Assembly (NCBI GenBank): GCA_963741955.1 | Contig: CAVUKB010000001.1 | Span: 449,417-513,416, forward strand | From: an uncultured Acidobacteriota bacterium | GTDB lineage: Bacteria > Acidobacteriota > Thermoanaerobaculia > Gp7-AA8 | Direction of reading: 5' to 3' | Length of the DNA: 64,000 bases | Shown here: in pieces, positions 53,449 through 62,207 of the stretch | Numbering within the stretch: position 1 is the stretch's first letter | Layout: every line of letters starts with the position of its first letter | Notes under the pieces: generated by a model | Databases searched by the model: none | Told to the model about the DNA's origin: nothing | What the model saw: the letters and a program-made list of their open reading frames with translations, nothing else | Made by a program: the position numbers and the translations under genes

Positions 53449-56400
53449 GAGACCTCCTCCGCGACGAGGAGCTCTTCGACCGATTCGATTCGAGAAAGCG
53501 CGGCCCGCTCCATCTCGTCGTGGCGGGTCCGGCAGAACGACGACACCGGGCAGTAGTGGCACGTCTCGTCGGAGGGGAAGGCGGGAAACGCGCCGCGGCG
53601 CATCGAGTCGACGAAAAACCCGAGGAGCTCGAGAACCCGGGACCGTTTCCCGGCGAGATCGAAGGAGAATTTCGATTCTTCGCCGAAGTCACCGCGCAGT
53701 GGACGGATGATCCCCGCCACCTGCGAATCGGTGCGCCCGAAGTTCGCCGCGGCCGCGATCGCGTAGAGAGGGAGCTGCAGTCCCTTTCCCTGATTGATCT
53801 TGTCGTCCAGATTCCGCTGGCGGGCGGCTTTGCCGCTCTTGTAATCGATCACCCGGATCGAGTGGTCGTCCGGCCGCTCGTCGATGCGGTCGATGATCCC
53901 CCGCAGCACCATCTCCACACCTCCGATCGAGAGAGGCACCGGAGGTCCGTCGGGGGGACGGTCGTCGTGGCGCGTTTGTCCGAACCGGTACTCGAAGTGG
54001 ATCGGACGGAAGCCGGTCTCCTGCAGCTCCCGGAGATCGGATGCGACGAACTCGGAGAGCCAGCGGACGGTCTCCTCGCGCTCGATCTTCCGCATGGTCG
54101 GGTTCCACGGAGGATGCTCGCGATCGTATTCGGAGAATTCCTCCTCGACGATCGCGCGGAGCCGCTCTTCGAGGTCCGGATGCAGCCCGCCCGCAGAGGG
54201 CGCCTCCTGGTAATCGCGCTCCTCGAGCGTCTGATAGAACCGCTCCAGGATTCCGTGATCGAGGATTCCTTTCCGGCGGCGCTCGATCTGCACCTCCAGC
54301 TCCGGATCGTCGAGCTCGGACACGCCGAGGATGGAGGAGATCAGGAACTTCTGAGGACACTCGCCGAATGGCTCCAGCCGGGTCGGCGAGATGGTCTCGA
54401 GCCGGGCGACGATCATCCGGCCGATCTCGTTCCCATCGCCGTCGCCGTCAACGACGCCGTCGCCGCCGCCGAGATAGCCGTCGTAATGCGATCGCGATCC
54501 GCTCTCCGCGGCGAGGCGGAGCTGCCGTGCGCGACGTTCCGTGATGGAGCCGCGCAGGAGTTCCGTGCGGAGGAGATCGAGCACGGATGTTCCCTCGTCC
54601 CGGGGCCAGCGACTGGAGACCCACGATTCGAGATCGTGAAGGAGAGTCTCTCTCTGCGCGGGCTCGCGGCGGAGAGCGTAATCCTCGAGGAGAGGAGAAG
54701 GACGGCAGCTCCGCCCCATTCCGTCGCCCTTCGGCCACGAGAAGTGGACCGCAGTGGTGACGCTGGAGAGCGCGAGCTCGAGGAGAAGCTGCTCTTCGTC
54801 GCGCCCGTCGCCGATCTCCCGCACGCCGAGGCGGCGCCGGAGCTGATCGGGGAGGAGAGGATCCTCCGCACGCCGCTGTGGAAAGGCCGTCTCTTCCATT
54901 CCGGCGAAGAAGAGATGTTCGAACGTCGCGCCGCGGATGCTCATCAGATCGCCGCTTCGAATCGCGATTCGATCGCCCCCGGAAGAGCGCAACGGCTCGC
55001 ACTGATCGAAGAGAATCTCGATCGCGGAAGCATCCAATCCTCCGTGTTTCCGGGCTCGCCGGAGCGTTTCGCAGATCCCGTCGATCCTCTCGGCGACCAG
55101 GAGGTCCGCGTCGCTCTCGAGTGGAATCGAATCGGCGAAGCGCTCGATGAGCGCGGCCCAATCCGATGCCGGCATCGGAGTCGGAAACCGGAGGAGATGC
55201 TCGAGAGCCCGGACCAGGTCGAGGTAGTCTCGCACTCCCTCCGCCCTTCCGGGATGCTCGCGCTCGACACGACGCCGCACCGGCTCGATGCGATCGCTTC
55301 CGCCTCCCGCGATTCCCGCTTTTCGCGTCGCCTCGTCCATCTTTCCGACGTCGACCCGGCGCCGGAGAATCGATCTCGCCACGCCCGCCGCCGCGATCTC
55401 GACCACCTCCTCGCGAGGAAACTCCGTCCGGGCGATCCGCAGCAGGAGGCGGAGCGTCCTTCCGATCCGGGTTGCACCGAGCGGCGTCACCGGCGGATCC
55501 TGTGGCCGAAGGCCGAACCGGGAGAGAACCGCGGCGAACGTTTCGTCACGGACCGGATCACTCGCGCGCCAGACCACGCCGATCGATTCGGGTGGAACGC
55601 CGGAATCGATCAGCCGCCGGATGCTGAGAGCCGTCCCGCTCATTTCGTCGAGAGGCGTGCGGTACGCCGTGGCCGACCACTCGATCGAGCCATCTCCGCT
55701 CTCGCTGATCGAAGACGGCGCCGCGGTGGGAACGATCTCGTCGAGGAAACGGCGGACGAACGAAAGCTCGGGAGGAACCCCTCCGGCGTGGAGCTCGACC
55801 GGGACGTCGATCTCGCGAAGACGTCCGGCTTCCATCAGCGTGTTGAAGAATGCGAGCTGGATCCCCGTCGCGTCGTAGAACCCGAAGAGGATCTGTGGGG
55901 CGACGGAGGCCCCGTTGCGGATCGCCGTCGCGGCCATCTCCAGCACGTCGGCCGGATCGACGGCCGACGAGGCTGCGATGAGCGTTTCGTAGACGCTCCA
56001 GACGTCGAACGCCGTCTCGAGCCGGGCACGCAGCGTGCTGCCGGAGAGCTTCCTTGCGCCGCGTCGCAGCGTCTCGAGCGTGATGCCGCTGTCTCGAACG
56101 TCGCGATAACTCCGGAGGAGCGCCGCGGCCATCCCGCGGCCCTGCATCGTCTCGTCACGGCGCCTTTCGGTAGCCACCGACATCGCGAGCATCTGCTCGG
56201 CACGGGACGCGACGCGCGGATACTCTCCTCCGGCGTTCAGGATCTCGAGGGCCAGTGCTTCCGGAAGACGGAGGCGAAGCCCGGCGACGCCCCCTGGAGC
56301 GTGCTTCATCATCGCGGCTGCGACCGACTCCGCCACGCCGTGCGACGGCACGATGACTTCCAGCGGCTCGCCGGCCGCGACGCGCAGCCCCGGCCATCCA

Positions 56401-56471
56401 CGCCGGGCCGCGACGCCGGAAGCGAGCGCTCGATAGCTGTCGAAATGGAGCAGGGGAGAGGAACCGGGCAT
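53445..56471 (-). CDS. addB: AddB-like PD-(D/E)XK nuclease with Fe-S cysteines
   Basis: SPTRLE...CP, GIIDRID, IDYKSG, QLPLYA, CHYCPVSSFC. Confidence 0.8.
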   Translation of the reverse strand: MPGSSPLLHFDSYRALASGVAARRGWPGLRVAAGEPLEVIVPSHGVAESVAAAMMKHAPGGVAGLRLRLPEALALEILNAGGEYPRVASRAEQMLAMSVATERRRDETMQGRGMAAALLRSYRDVRDSGITLETLRRGARKLSGSTLRARLETAFDVWSVYETLIAASSAVDPADVLEMAATAIRNGASVAPQILFGFYDATGIQLAFFNTLMEAGRLREIDVPVELHAGGVPPELSFVRRFLDEIVPTAAPSSISESGDGSIEWSATAYRTPLDEMSGTALSIRRLIDSGVPPESIGVVWRASDPVRDETFAAVLSRFGLRPQDPPVTPLGATRIGRTLRLLLRIARTEFPREEVVEIAAAGVARSILRRRVDVGKMDEATRKAGIAGGGSDRIEPVRRRVEREHPGRAEGVRDYLDLVRALEHLLRFPTPMPASDWAALIERFADSIPLESDADLLVAERIDGICETLRRARKHGGLDASAIEILFDQCEPLRSSGGDRIAIRSGDLMSIRGATFEHLFFAGMEETAFPQRRAEDPLLPDQLRRRLGVREIGDGRDEEQLLLELALSSVTTAVHFSWPKGDGMGRSCRPSPLLEDYALRREPAQRETLLHDLESWVSSRWPRDEGTSVLDLLRTELLRGSITERRARQLRLAAESGSRSHYDGYLGGGDGVVDGDGDGNEIGRMIVARLETISPTRLEPFGECPQKFLISSILGVSELDDPELEVQIERRRKGILDHGILERFYQTLEERDYQEAPSAGGLHPDLEERLRAIVEEEFSEYDREHPPWNPTMRKIEREETVRWLSEFVASDLRELQETGFRPIHFEYRFGQTRHDDRPPDGPPVPLSIGGVEMVLRGIIDRIDERPDDHSIRVIDYKSGKAARQRNLDDKINQGKGLQLPLYAIAAAANFGRTDSQVAGIIRPLRGDFGEESKFSFDLAGKRSRVLELLGFFVDSMRRGAFPAFPSDETCHYCPVSSFCRTRHDEMERAALSRIESVEELLVAEEVS

Positions 56472-56479
56472 CGCTCTCG

Positions 56480-56520
56480 ATTATAGGAGAGTCGGACGTC
56501 GAGACGGCCGACTCTATAAT
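56480..56520. promoter_or_regulatory. back-to-back -10 boxes inside an inverted repeat (addB / vanZ-like)
   Basis: ATTATAGGAGAGTCGG...CCGACTCTATAAT; TATAAT on each strand, 8-9 nt before each ATG. Confidence 0.6.
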
Positions 56521-56529
56521 GGGTGCCAG

Positions 56530-57009
56530 ATGGGAAAACAAAAACTTCGAGTGGTCGTGATCCCGAAGAAGATCACCTTTCTTCTTCTCGTCCTGATGAC
56601 CATCGCCATCGCTGCGATCACTCTTTCGCTCTCCGGGAAGGCGTACGCGAAGGTCGATCCGATCCCTTTTCGCGAGATTCGTCTGCTGATCACCAAGCTC
56701 GGAGAGCACCCCCTCCCGGTGTCCGTCATCGTGGCCCTCCTCATGCCGGCGGTGGCGAACATGCTCCTGTTTCTCCCGTGGGGCTTCCTGATGTTCATTC
56801 TTCTCGATGACGTCGAGCGGCCGACGAACCAGGCTTACCTGCTGACCCTGCTTCTCGCGATTGCATTCAGCGCGATCGTCGAAGCGTCGCAATACTTTCT
56901 GCCAACGAGAGTTACCGACGTGAACGATGTCATCTGGAATGGCGTCGGCGCACTTGTTGGCGCGTTTCTTGGTCATCTCCGGAAACGAATCAGGGTATCG
57001 TTCCAATAG
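56530..57009 (+). CDS. VanZ-family membrane protein
   Basis: NMLLFLPWG, EASQYFLPTRVTDVNDVIWN. Confidence 0.88.
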   Translation: MGKQKLRVVVIPKKITFLLLVLMTIAIAAITLSLSGKAYAKVDPIPFREIRLLITKLGEHPLPVSVIVALLMPAVANMLLFLPWGFLMFILLDDVERPTNQAYLLTLLLAIAFSAIVEASQYFLPTRVTDVNDVIWNGVGALVGAFLGHLRKRIRVSFQ

Positions 57010-57020
57010 AAGGAGTCAAA

Positions 57021-57392
57021 GTGATCCTGATTGTCGAGGATGATGCGCAGGTGGCGCGACTGATTTCGCTCGTGCTCCAGCGCAACGGCTACACGAGTGA
57101 GATTGTGAATGACGGCTCGGTTGCGCTCGATCACATTCGCAGCAACCCGCCGCAACTGGTCTTCGCCGACCTGAAGGTGAAGGGTCTCGCGGGTGATGCG
57201 CTCTGCGCGGCGCTCCACAATGACCCGACCACGTCCGGCGTCCCGGTGGTGGTCGTCTCGGGCGACCGCGACATCGCGGAAAAGGCCCGGCGTTGCGGCG
57301 CGAAAGACCACCTCGGCAAACCTTTTGAATTCGACGACTTGATCCGCCTGGTCAAAAAACATGTTGAACACGAAAACCATCCGACCGACTGA
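57021..57392 (+). CDS. single-domain response regulator (CheY-like)
   Basis: ILIVEDD, FADL, VVSG, LGKPF. Confidence 0.88.
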   Translation: MILIVEDDAQVARLISLVLQRNGYTSEIVNDGSVALDHIRSNPPQLVFADLKVKGLAGDALCAALHNDPTTSGVPVVVVSGDRDIAEKARRCGAKDHLGKPFEFDDLIRLVKKHVEHENHPTD

Positions 57393-57975
57393 ATCTCCGG
57401 AACAACCGGATCCTCTCTCCCGGCTCATCGACGTCCTCCATCGGGAAGGGTACGAGACCCTCCAGAACGAGGAGGAGTGGAAGATGTACGGCGAGCGGAC
57501 CTACCGCAGGAAAGAGCGCGTTCTCTTCGCGGAAGGCGACACCGTCTTCGTCTTCATCGACTTCCCCGAACTGACCGAAAAGGTCGTCGCGCAGGCCGTC
57601 GAGGGGATCGCCAACGTCTACCGCGCACGGGGAGGGAAGGAAAAAGCCCTCTCCATCTTTCAGTCGACCACCGTCTACGTCTGCCTGGTGGTCCGCAGCG
57701 GAGCCCCGCACACTACGTCCCTCGGGCGCTACGTCAAATCGATCGGCGGAGCGGTCCTGATCCCCGTGGTGATCAACTCCGAGATCAACGAGGTCGTCTA
57801 TCCCGCCGTCGAAGAACGCCTCGGCCCGATCCGCCCCAGAATTCAGTACCTCCAGTGGGTCCTCGGCGAACTGCGGGAGCCGGTCAGCATCCACCAGCAG
57901 ACCGTCAAGACCTTCTACATCTCCGCCGCCATCGTCGGGGTGATCGTCATCGCCATCATCCTCGCCATGATCTGA
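57361..57975 (+). CDS. hypothetical protein with C-terminal TM helix
   Basis: Coding-like codon usage; hydrophobic C-terminus; 32-nt overlap with the upstream gene, so the start may lie downstream. Confidence 0.7.
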   Translation: MLNTKTIRPTESPEQPDPLSRLIDVLHREGYETLQNEEEWKMYGERTYRRKERVLFAEGDTVFVFIDFPELTEKVVAQAVEGIANVYRARGGKEKALSIFQSTTVYVCLVVRSGAPHTTSLGRYVKSIGGAVLIPVVINSEINEVVYPAVEERLGPIRPRIQYLQWVLGELREPVSIHQQTVKTFYISAAIVGVIVIAIILAMI

Positions 57976-57988
57976 CGCAAAGCCGCGA

Positions 57989-58555
57989 GATCCGCCGCGC
58001 GAATCATGTTCTACGCGATGAAGACGAAAGTTGTGACTCCCGCGAAGCGTCCGTGATTCTCACGCCCAGCTCCGCTTCTGCCACAGCGATCGTCTCGATC
58101 CGTTCTGAACGCGACCGTCGCGACGGATCAGAGGATCCGCTCCCCACACGCGACCGAGGCCCGTCCTCGTGGGGTGCGGATCCTCCGATCCGCCGCGCAA
58201 ATCATGTAGTACGCGATGAAGAGAGAAATTGTGACTCCCGCGAAGCGTCCGTGATTCTCGCGACCAGCATGACTTCCGCGCTTGCCCCTGGAGCGGCACG
58301 GCTCTCGCCGTGCCGGCCGCGGCGGGAGCCGCGGCGCCCCCTGCGCGCGAACCGCAAGCCCTTGGAACGCCCGTCCTCGTGGGGTGCGGATCCTCCGATC
58401 CGCCGCGCAAATCATGTTCTACGCGATGAAGACCGAAATTGTGGCTCCCGCGAAGCGTCCGTGATCCTCACGCCGAGATCCGCTTCTGCCACAGCGATCG
58501 TCTCGATTCGTTCTGAACGCGACCGTCGCGGCGGATCAGAGGATCCGCTCCCCAC
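57989..58555. repeat. REP/REPIN-like cluster (three ~180-210 bp units)
   Basis: GTGGGGTGCGGATCCTCCGATCCGCCGCG at 58169 and 58379; inverted partners CGCGRCGGATCAGAGGATCCGCTCCCCAC at 58119 and 58527; linker ATCATGT..TACGCGATGAAGA...CCCGCGAAGCGTCCGTGAT repeated three times. Confidence 0.8.
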
Positions 58556-58576
58556 GCGCGACCGACCACGTCTCCT

Positions 58577-58611
58577 GGAGTGCGGACTCGCCCCGCGCGA
58601 ATCCGCACTCC
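58577..58611. repeat. GGAGTGCGGA...TCCGCACTCC palindrome (second REP-like type)
   Basis: 10-bp perfect inverted repeat. Confidence 0.55.
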
Positions 58612-58654
58612 TAAAGGTTCCAAATTCGCACCACGGCAGTGCGAATCAGACTCC

Positions 58655-58691
58655 TTGACCCAGAAATATGATGTTCTTACAATCATATCTG
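58655..58691 (+). promoter_or_regulatory. sigma70 promoter of hsp20 overlapped by an operator-like palindrome
   Basis: TTGACC-17 bp-TACAAT; ATATGAT-N9-ATCATAT at 58666-58688. Confidence 0.7.
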
Positions 58692-58752
58692 AAATAGCGA
58701 GCCGACTGCCGTGGTTAGATCTTAGTGGAACATGCTAAGAGGAGGAATCAAA

Positions 58753-59280
58753 ATGCAAATACTGACGCGTTGGAACCCCACTCGTGACATTCGTGCATTC
58801 GAGCGCCAGATCGATCGGCTGTTCGAGCCGTGGAGCCGCTTCGAGAAGAGTCCGAACCGATGGTCCGAGGATCAGCCGACCCTCGCGCGCGGAAACTGGA
58901 TCCCGCCGGTCGACGTCGAGGAGACGGAGCAGAACGTCGTTCTCCGCGCCGAGATCCCGGGAGTGAAGCCCGAGGACGTCACCATCGAATACGAGAACGG
59001 GCTCCTCACCATCCGTGGTGAGCGGAAGCTCGAGAACGAGCAATCGGACCGGAACTTCCAGCGGATCGAACGCTGCTACGGATCCTTCACCCGATCGTTC
59101 ACCGTCCCGAACACGATCGACACCGAGCACGCCGAGGCGCGGATCGAAGATGGAGTTCTCCATCTCGCCCTCCCGAAGCGTCCCAGCGCGATGCCTCGGC
59201 GGATCGAAGTTCGGAGCGTCGATCCGGCTCACCAGGTCGAAGCGGCGGAGAAGAACTCGCACGACGCCGACCAGTCCTGA
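58753..59280 (+). CDS. Hsp20/alpha-crystallin small heat shock protein
   Basis: WIPPVDVEE, AEIPGV, LTIRGER, ERCYGSFTRSF, DGVLHLALPK; GGAGG RBS. Confidence 0.95.
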   Translation: MQILTRWNPTRDIRAFERQIDRLFEPWSRFEKSPNRWSEDQPTLARGNWIPPVDVEETEQNVVLRAEIPGVKPEDVTIEYENGLLTIRGERKLENEQSDRNFQRIERCYGSFTRSFTVPNTIDTEHAEARIEDGVLHLALPKRPSAMPRRIEVRSVDPAHQVEAAEKNSHDADQS

Positions 59281-59305
59281 ACTCCGGCATCACGCGGATG
59301 CAACG

Positions 59306-59334
59306 ACGGCAGCGGAAACGCTGCCGTTTTTTTT
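59306..59334 (+). terminator. intrinsic terminator after hsp20
   Basis: ACGGCAGCG-GAAA-CGCTGCCGT followed by a T tract. Confidence 0.9.
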
Positions 59335-59380
59335 CGAGGCTCGAGGATCGGAGGTCAGGGGTCGAGGATCGGGGGTCAGG

Positions 59381-59795
59381 GCAGAGCCCCGTAGGGGCGA
59401 TTGACAATAGCCCAGGACGGCAGTCCTGGGACCGGGATGGCAGCCCCCACGCCCCGCAGAGCCCCGTAGGGGCGATTGACAATAGCCCAGGACGCAGTCC
59501 TGGGATTGGGACGGCACGCCCACATCCCGCAGAGCCCCGTAGGGGCGATTGACAATAGCCCAGGACGACAGGACCGGGATGGCAGCCCCCACATCCCGCA
59601 GAGCCCCGTAGGGGCGATTGACAATAGCCCAGGACGCAGTCCTGGGATTGGGACGGCACGCCCACGCCCCGCAGAGCCCCGTAGGGGCGATTGACAATAG
59701 CCCAGGACGACAGTCCTGGGACCGGGATGGCAGCCCCCACATCCCGCAGAGCCCCGTAGGGGCGATTGACAATAGCCCAGGACGACAGTCCTGGG
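59381..59795 (+). repeat. six-copy tandem array of a double-hairpin REP-like unit (period 69-75 bp)
   Basis: GCAGAGCCCCGTAGGGGCGATTGACAATAGCCCAGGACG at 59381, 59456, 59529, 59598, 59671 and 59746. Confidence 0.92.
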
Positions 59796-59824
59796 ATTCG
59801 ATGGCAGACCCCCGACCCCGTTCC

Positions 59825-60583
59825 TCACTCCCCGGCGCTCGGACTCTCGTTCTCGTCGTGAATCTCACGGAGCTGCCGGATGATGACGTGAGGCACGCGC
59901 GCATCGTCGATCATGCTCTCGTCCGAGAGACGATAGACGTCGATCGTCGCCGCCACTCCGAATCTTCCTTCGCGATCCTCGACCCGCACCACTCGTCCGC
60001 GGCATTCGACGTTCACTGCCTCCGGGATGATCATCGTGAACTCGATCTCGTCGCCCACGAAGAAGGGAGAGTCGGTCTCGAACATCACGCCGAGCCCACT
60101 CACGTCACGGGTCAGGCCCGCACCTCCCTCGAATTCGATTCGCAGTCCGAGCGGAAACCGTTCCGCCTTTCTCCGTTCGTCTTTCATCACGGAAGTCAGC
60201 TCCTTCTCCGAAGTCGATCTCGTCCCGGCGCGGATCTTCGGCGCCTTCTTCTTCGCTTCACGATCGAGGTTCTCTTCCGGGGTGAGCTCGAGCTCGGTCA
60301 CCGGCGGGCCGCCGTCGAGCGTCGCCTCGTACACGCGCAATGCCTTCTCCCGGTCGAGGTGAGAATAGACGGTTCCAGCCGGCCAGACGATCATGTTCGG
60401 CCCGTAGTCGCAGAGGTCGAGACACGAGACGCTGCAGACCCGGACCGTTCCCTTGCGCCCCTCCGCCCGGTTGCGCTCCTTGAGCGACTCGCGGATCTTC
60501 TCTCCCCGTTCATCTCCGCGGATGGCGTTGTTGCATCGCGCCCCGGTGCAGACGAGGAACTGAGTGGCGAATGGATATTTCAT
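59825..60583 (-). CDS. thioredoxin-like [2Fe-2S] ferredoxin fused to a PilZ domain
   Basis: LVCTGARC...SCLDLCDYGPNMIVWP.G.VY, then ERRKAER and DVSGLG. Confidence 0.75.
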   Translation of the reverse strand: MKYPFATQFLVCTGARCNNAIRGDERGEKIRESLKERNRAEGRKGTVRVCSVSCLDLCDYGPNMIVWPAGTVYSHLDREKALRVYEATLDGGPPVTELELTPEENLDREAKKKAPKIRAGTRSTSEKELTSVMKDERRKAERFPLGLRIEFEGGAGLTRDVSGLGVMFETDSPFFVGDEIEFTMIIPEAVNVECRGRVVRVEDREGRFGVAATIDVYRLSDESMIDDARVPHVIIRQLREIHDENESPSAGE

Positions 60584-60637
60584 CGGCTGCCTGCAAACAC
60601 GAACGCCGGCCACGTCGACCGGCTCACTCTCCTCAAC

Positions 60638-62038
60638 TCAGGCGCGGATGAAGCTCTTCCCGAGGGAGATCAGCTTCTTCAGATCCTTCGGGCTCGACGC
60701 TTCGGCATAGAGTCGCGCCACCGGCTCGGTTCCGGAGGTGCGGATGAGAAGCCAGGTACCGTCCTCGAAGAGGAGCTTCAGCCCGTCGAGCTTGTTCACT
60801 TTCGAGACGGTGAGACCTCCGAGCTCGGCCGGTGGTCGCTCCATCTTCGCGGCGAGCTTCTCGCTGATCTGTGGCGTGAGCTTCAGATCGACTCGTCTCG
60901 AATAGAAACAACCGAACTCGGCGAACATCTCCGAGACCAGTTCCGAGATCTTCTTCTTTCGGACCGCCATCATCTCGGCCACCAGGAGGCACGCGAGAAT
61001 GCCGTCCTTCTCGGGGAGGTGGCCGCGGATCGACAATCCCGCGCTCTCTTCGCCGCCGAGCGCGATCTGGTCATCGAGGATCAGTTCGCCGATGTACTTG
61101 AATCCCACCGGCGTCTCGTAGAGCGGAACGTCGAGCTTCTCCGCGATCACGTCGACCAGGCGCGTCGTCGCGACCGAGCGGGCGAGTCCTCCCTCGAGTT
61201 TCCTCGAGCGCTTCATGTAGAGCGAGAGGAGAGCGATCACCATGTTCGCGCTGATGAATCGTCCGTGCTCGTCGACGATGCCGAAGCGGTCCGCGTCGAC
61301 GTCCGTTGCCAGACCGACGTCGAAATGCTCGGTTCCGACGATGTGTCGCAGCTCGCCGAGATTCTTCTGGTTGCATTCCGGCGAATAACCGCCGAAGTAG
61401 GGATCGCGGTAGTTGTGGATGATCCGCGCCTCGATATTCATCTCCAGGAGGATGTAATCGAGATAGTCTCGCGCCGTCCCGTAGAGACTGTCCACGGCGA
61501 TGCGGAGACCGCTCTGGCGGATCGCTTCCGTGTCGATCTTTCCCTTCAGCTCCGTCAGGTAGCGGGCCTTCGGGTCGATCGTCTCCATCCGCTCTTCTTT
61601 TTCGTAGACGTCGATCCTCTCGCCGATCTTCCGGATCCGCTCGATCTCCTGCTCGATCTCCTTCGTGACGTCCGTCATCGCCGGCGCTCCGTTGCCGGTC
61701 GAGTACTTCAGCCCGTTGTATTCGGGAGGATTGTGCGACGCGGTGAAGTTGATCGCGCCGTCCGCCTTCCGGCGGATGGTCTCGAACGCCACGCAGGGAG
61801 TGGGAACGTCGCGGCTGCAGAGGAACGCCCGCACGTCGTTGAACGCCAGGGTTCGCGCCGCCTCCAGCGCGAACTTCTCCGAAAGAAACCGGGTGTCGTA
61901 CCCGATCACCACGCCGTGAGAGCCCAGCCCGTTCTTCCTCAGGTAGTTCGCGATCCCCTGCGTCGCCACCCGGACACTCTCGAACGTGAAATCCTCACCG
62001 ATGACGCCCCGCCATCCCGAAGTCCCGAACTTGATCAT
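60638..62038 (-). CDS. phosphoglucomutase/phosphomannomutase
   Basis: IKFGTSGWRG, TASHNP, DVDADRF, GGEESAG, RTSGTEP. Confidence 0.95.
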   Translation of the reverse strand: MIKFGTSGWRGVIGEDFTFESVRVATQGIANYLRKNGLGSHGVVIGYDTRFLSEKFALEAARTLAFNDVRAFLCSRDVPTPCVAFETIRRKADGAINFTASHNPPEYNGLKYSTGNGAPAMTDVTKEIEQEIERIRKIGERIDVYEKEERMETIDPKARYLTELKGKIDTEAIRQSGLRIAVDSLYGTARDYLDYILLEMNIEARIIHNYRDPYFGGYSPECNQKNLGELRHIVGTEHFDVGLATDVDADRFGIVDEHGRFISANMVIALLSLYMKRSRKLEGGLARSVATTRLVDVIAEKLDVPLYETPVGFKYIGELILDDQIALGGEESAGLSIRGHLPEKDGILACLLVAEMMAVRKKKISELVSEMFAEFGCFYSRRVDLKLTPQISEKLAAKMERPPAELGGLTVSKVNKLDGLKLLFEDGTWLLIRTSGTEPVARLYAEASSPKDLKKLISLGKSFIRA

Positions 62039-62207
62039 CACTCGCCCTCTGACAGAGGCGAAAGGTAGCACATCCGGCCGGAAAGCGGCATACCGCACGG
62101 CCGGTTCCCGTCCGGCTCTCCTCGCCGCCGGCTCCGTTGCGACGTACAATCCCGCGTGGCGGGCCCCTCATGCGGACTGGCCTGTTTTGCGCATTCTGAA
62201 CCCGCAG

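Noticed and set aside
50188-56471. Helicase plus nuclease as an anti-phage defence system or Cas4
   Set aside because: Size, order, coupling and motifs match housekeeping AddAB.
49184-56486. Long alternative-frame ORFs (49184..51835, 53520..56486; likewise 59618..62068, 34600..36546, 15288..17069)
   Set aside because: Shadow ORFs of real genes in GC-rich DNA; Arg/Pro-rich or antisense with no motifs.
57989-58658. CRISPR array or repeat protein (ORF 57477..58658)
   Set aside because: Units are ~200 bp with inverted REP-like pairs; the ORF is a translation of repeats overlapping a real gene.
59381-59795. CRISPR array
   Set aside because: Linkers are only two alternating, mutually similar sequences; a solo copy exists elsewhere; no cas genes or leader.
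60591-60609. sigma54 promoter upstream of the ferredoxin-PilZ gene
   Set aside because: GG-GC spacing is 11 rather than 10.
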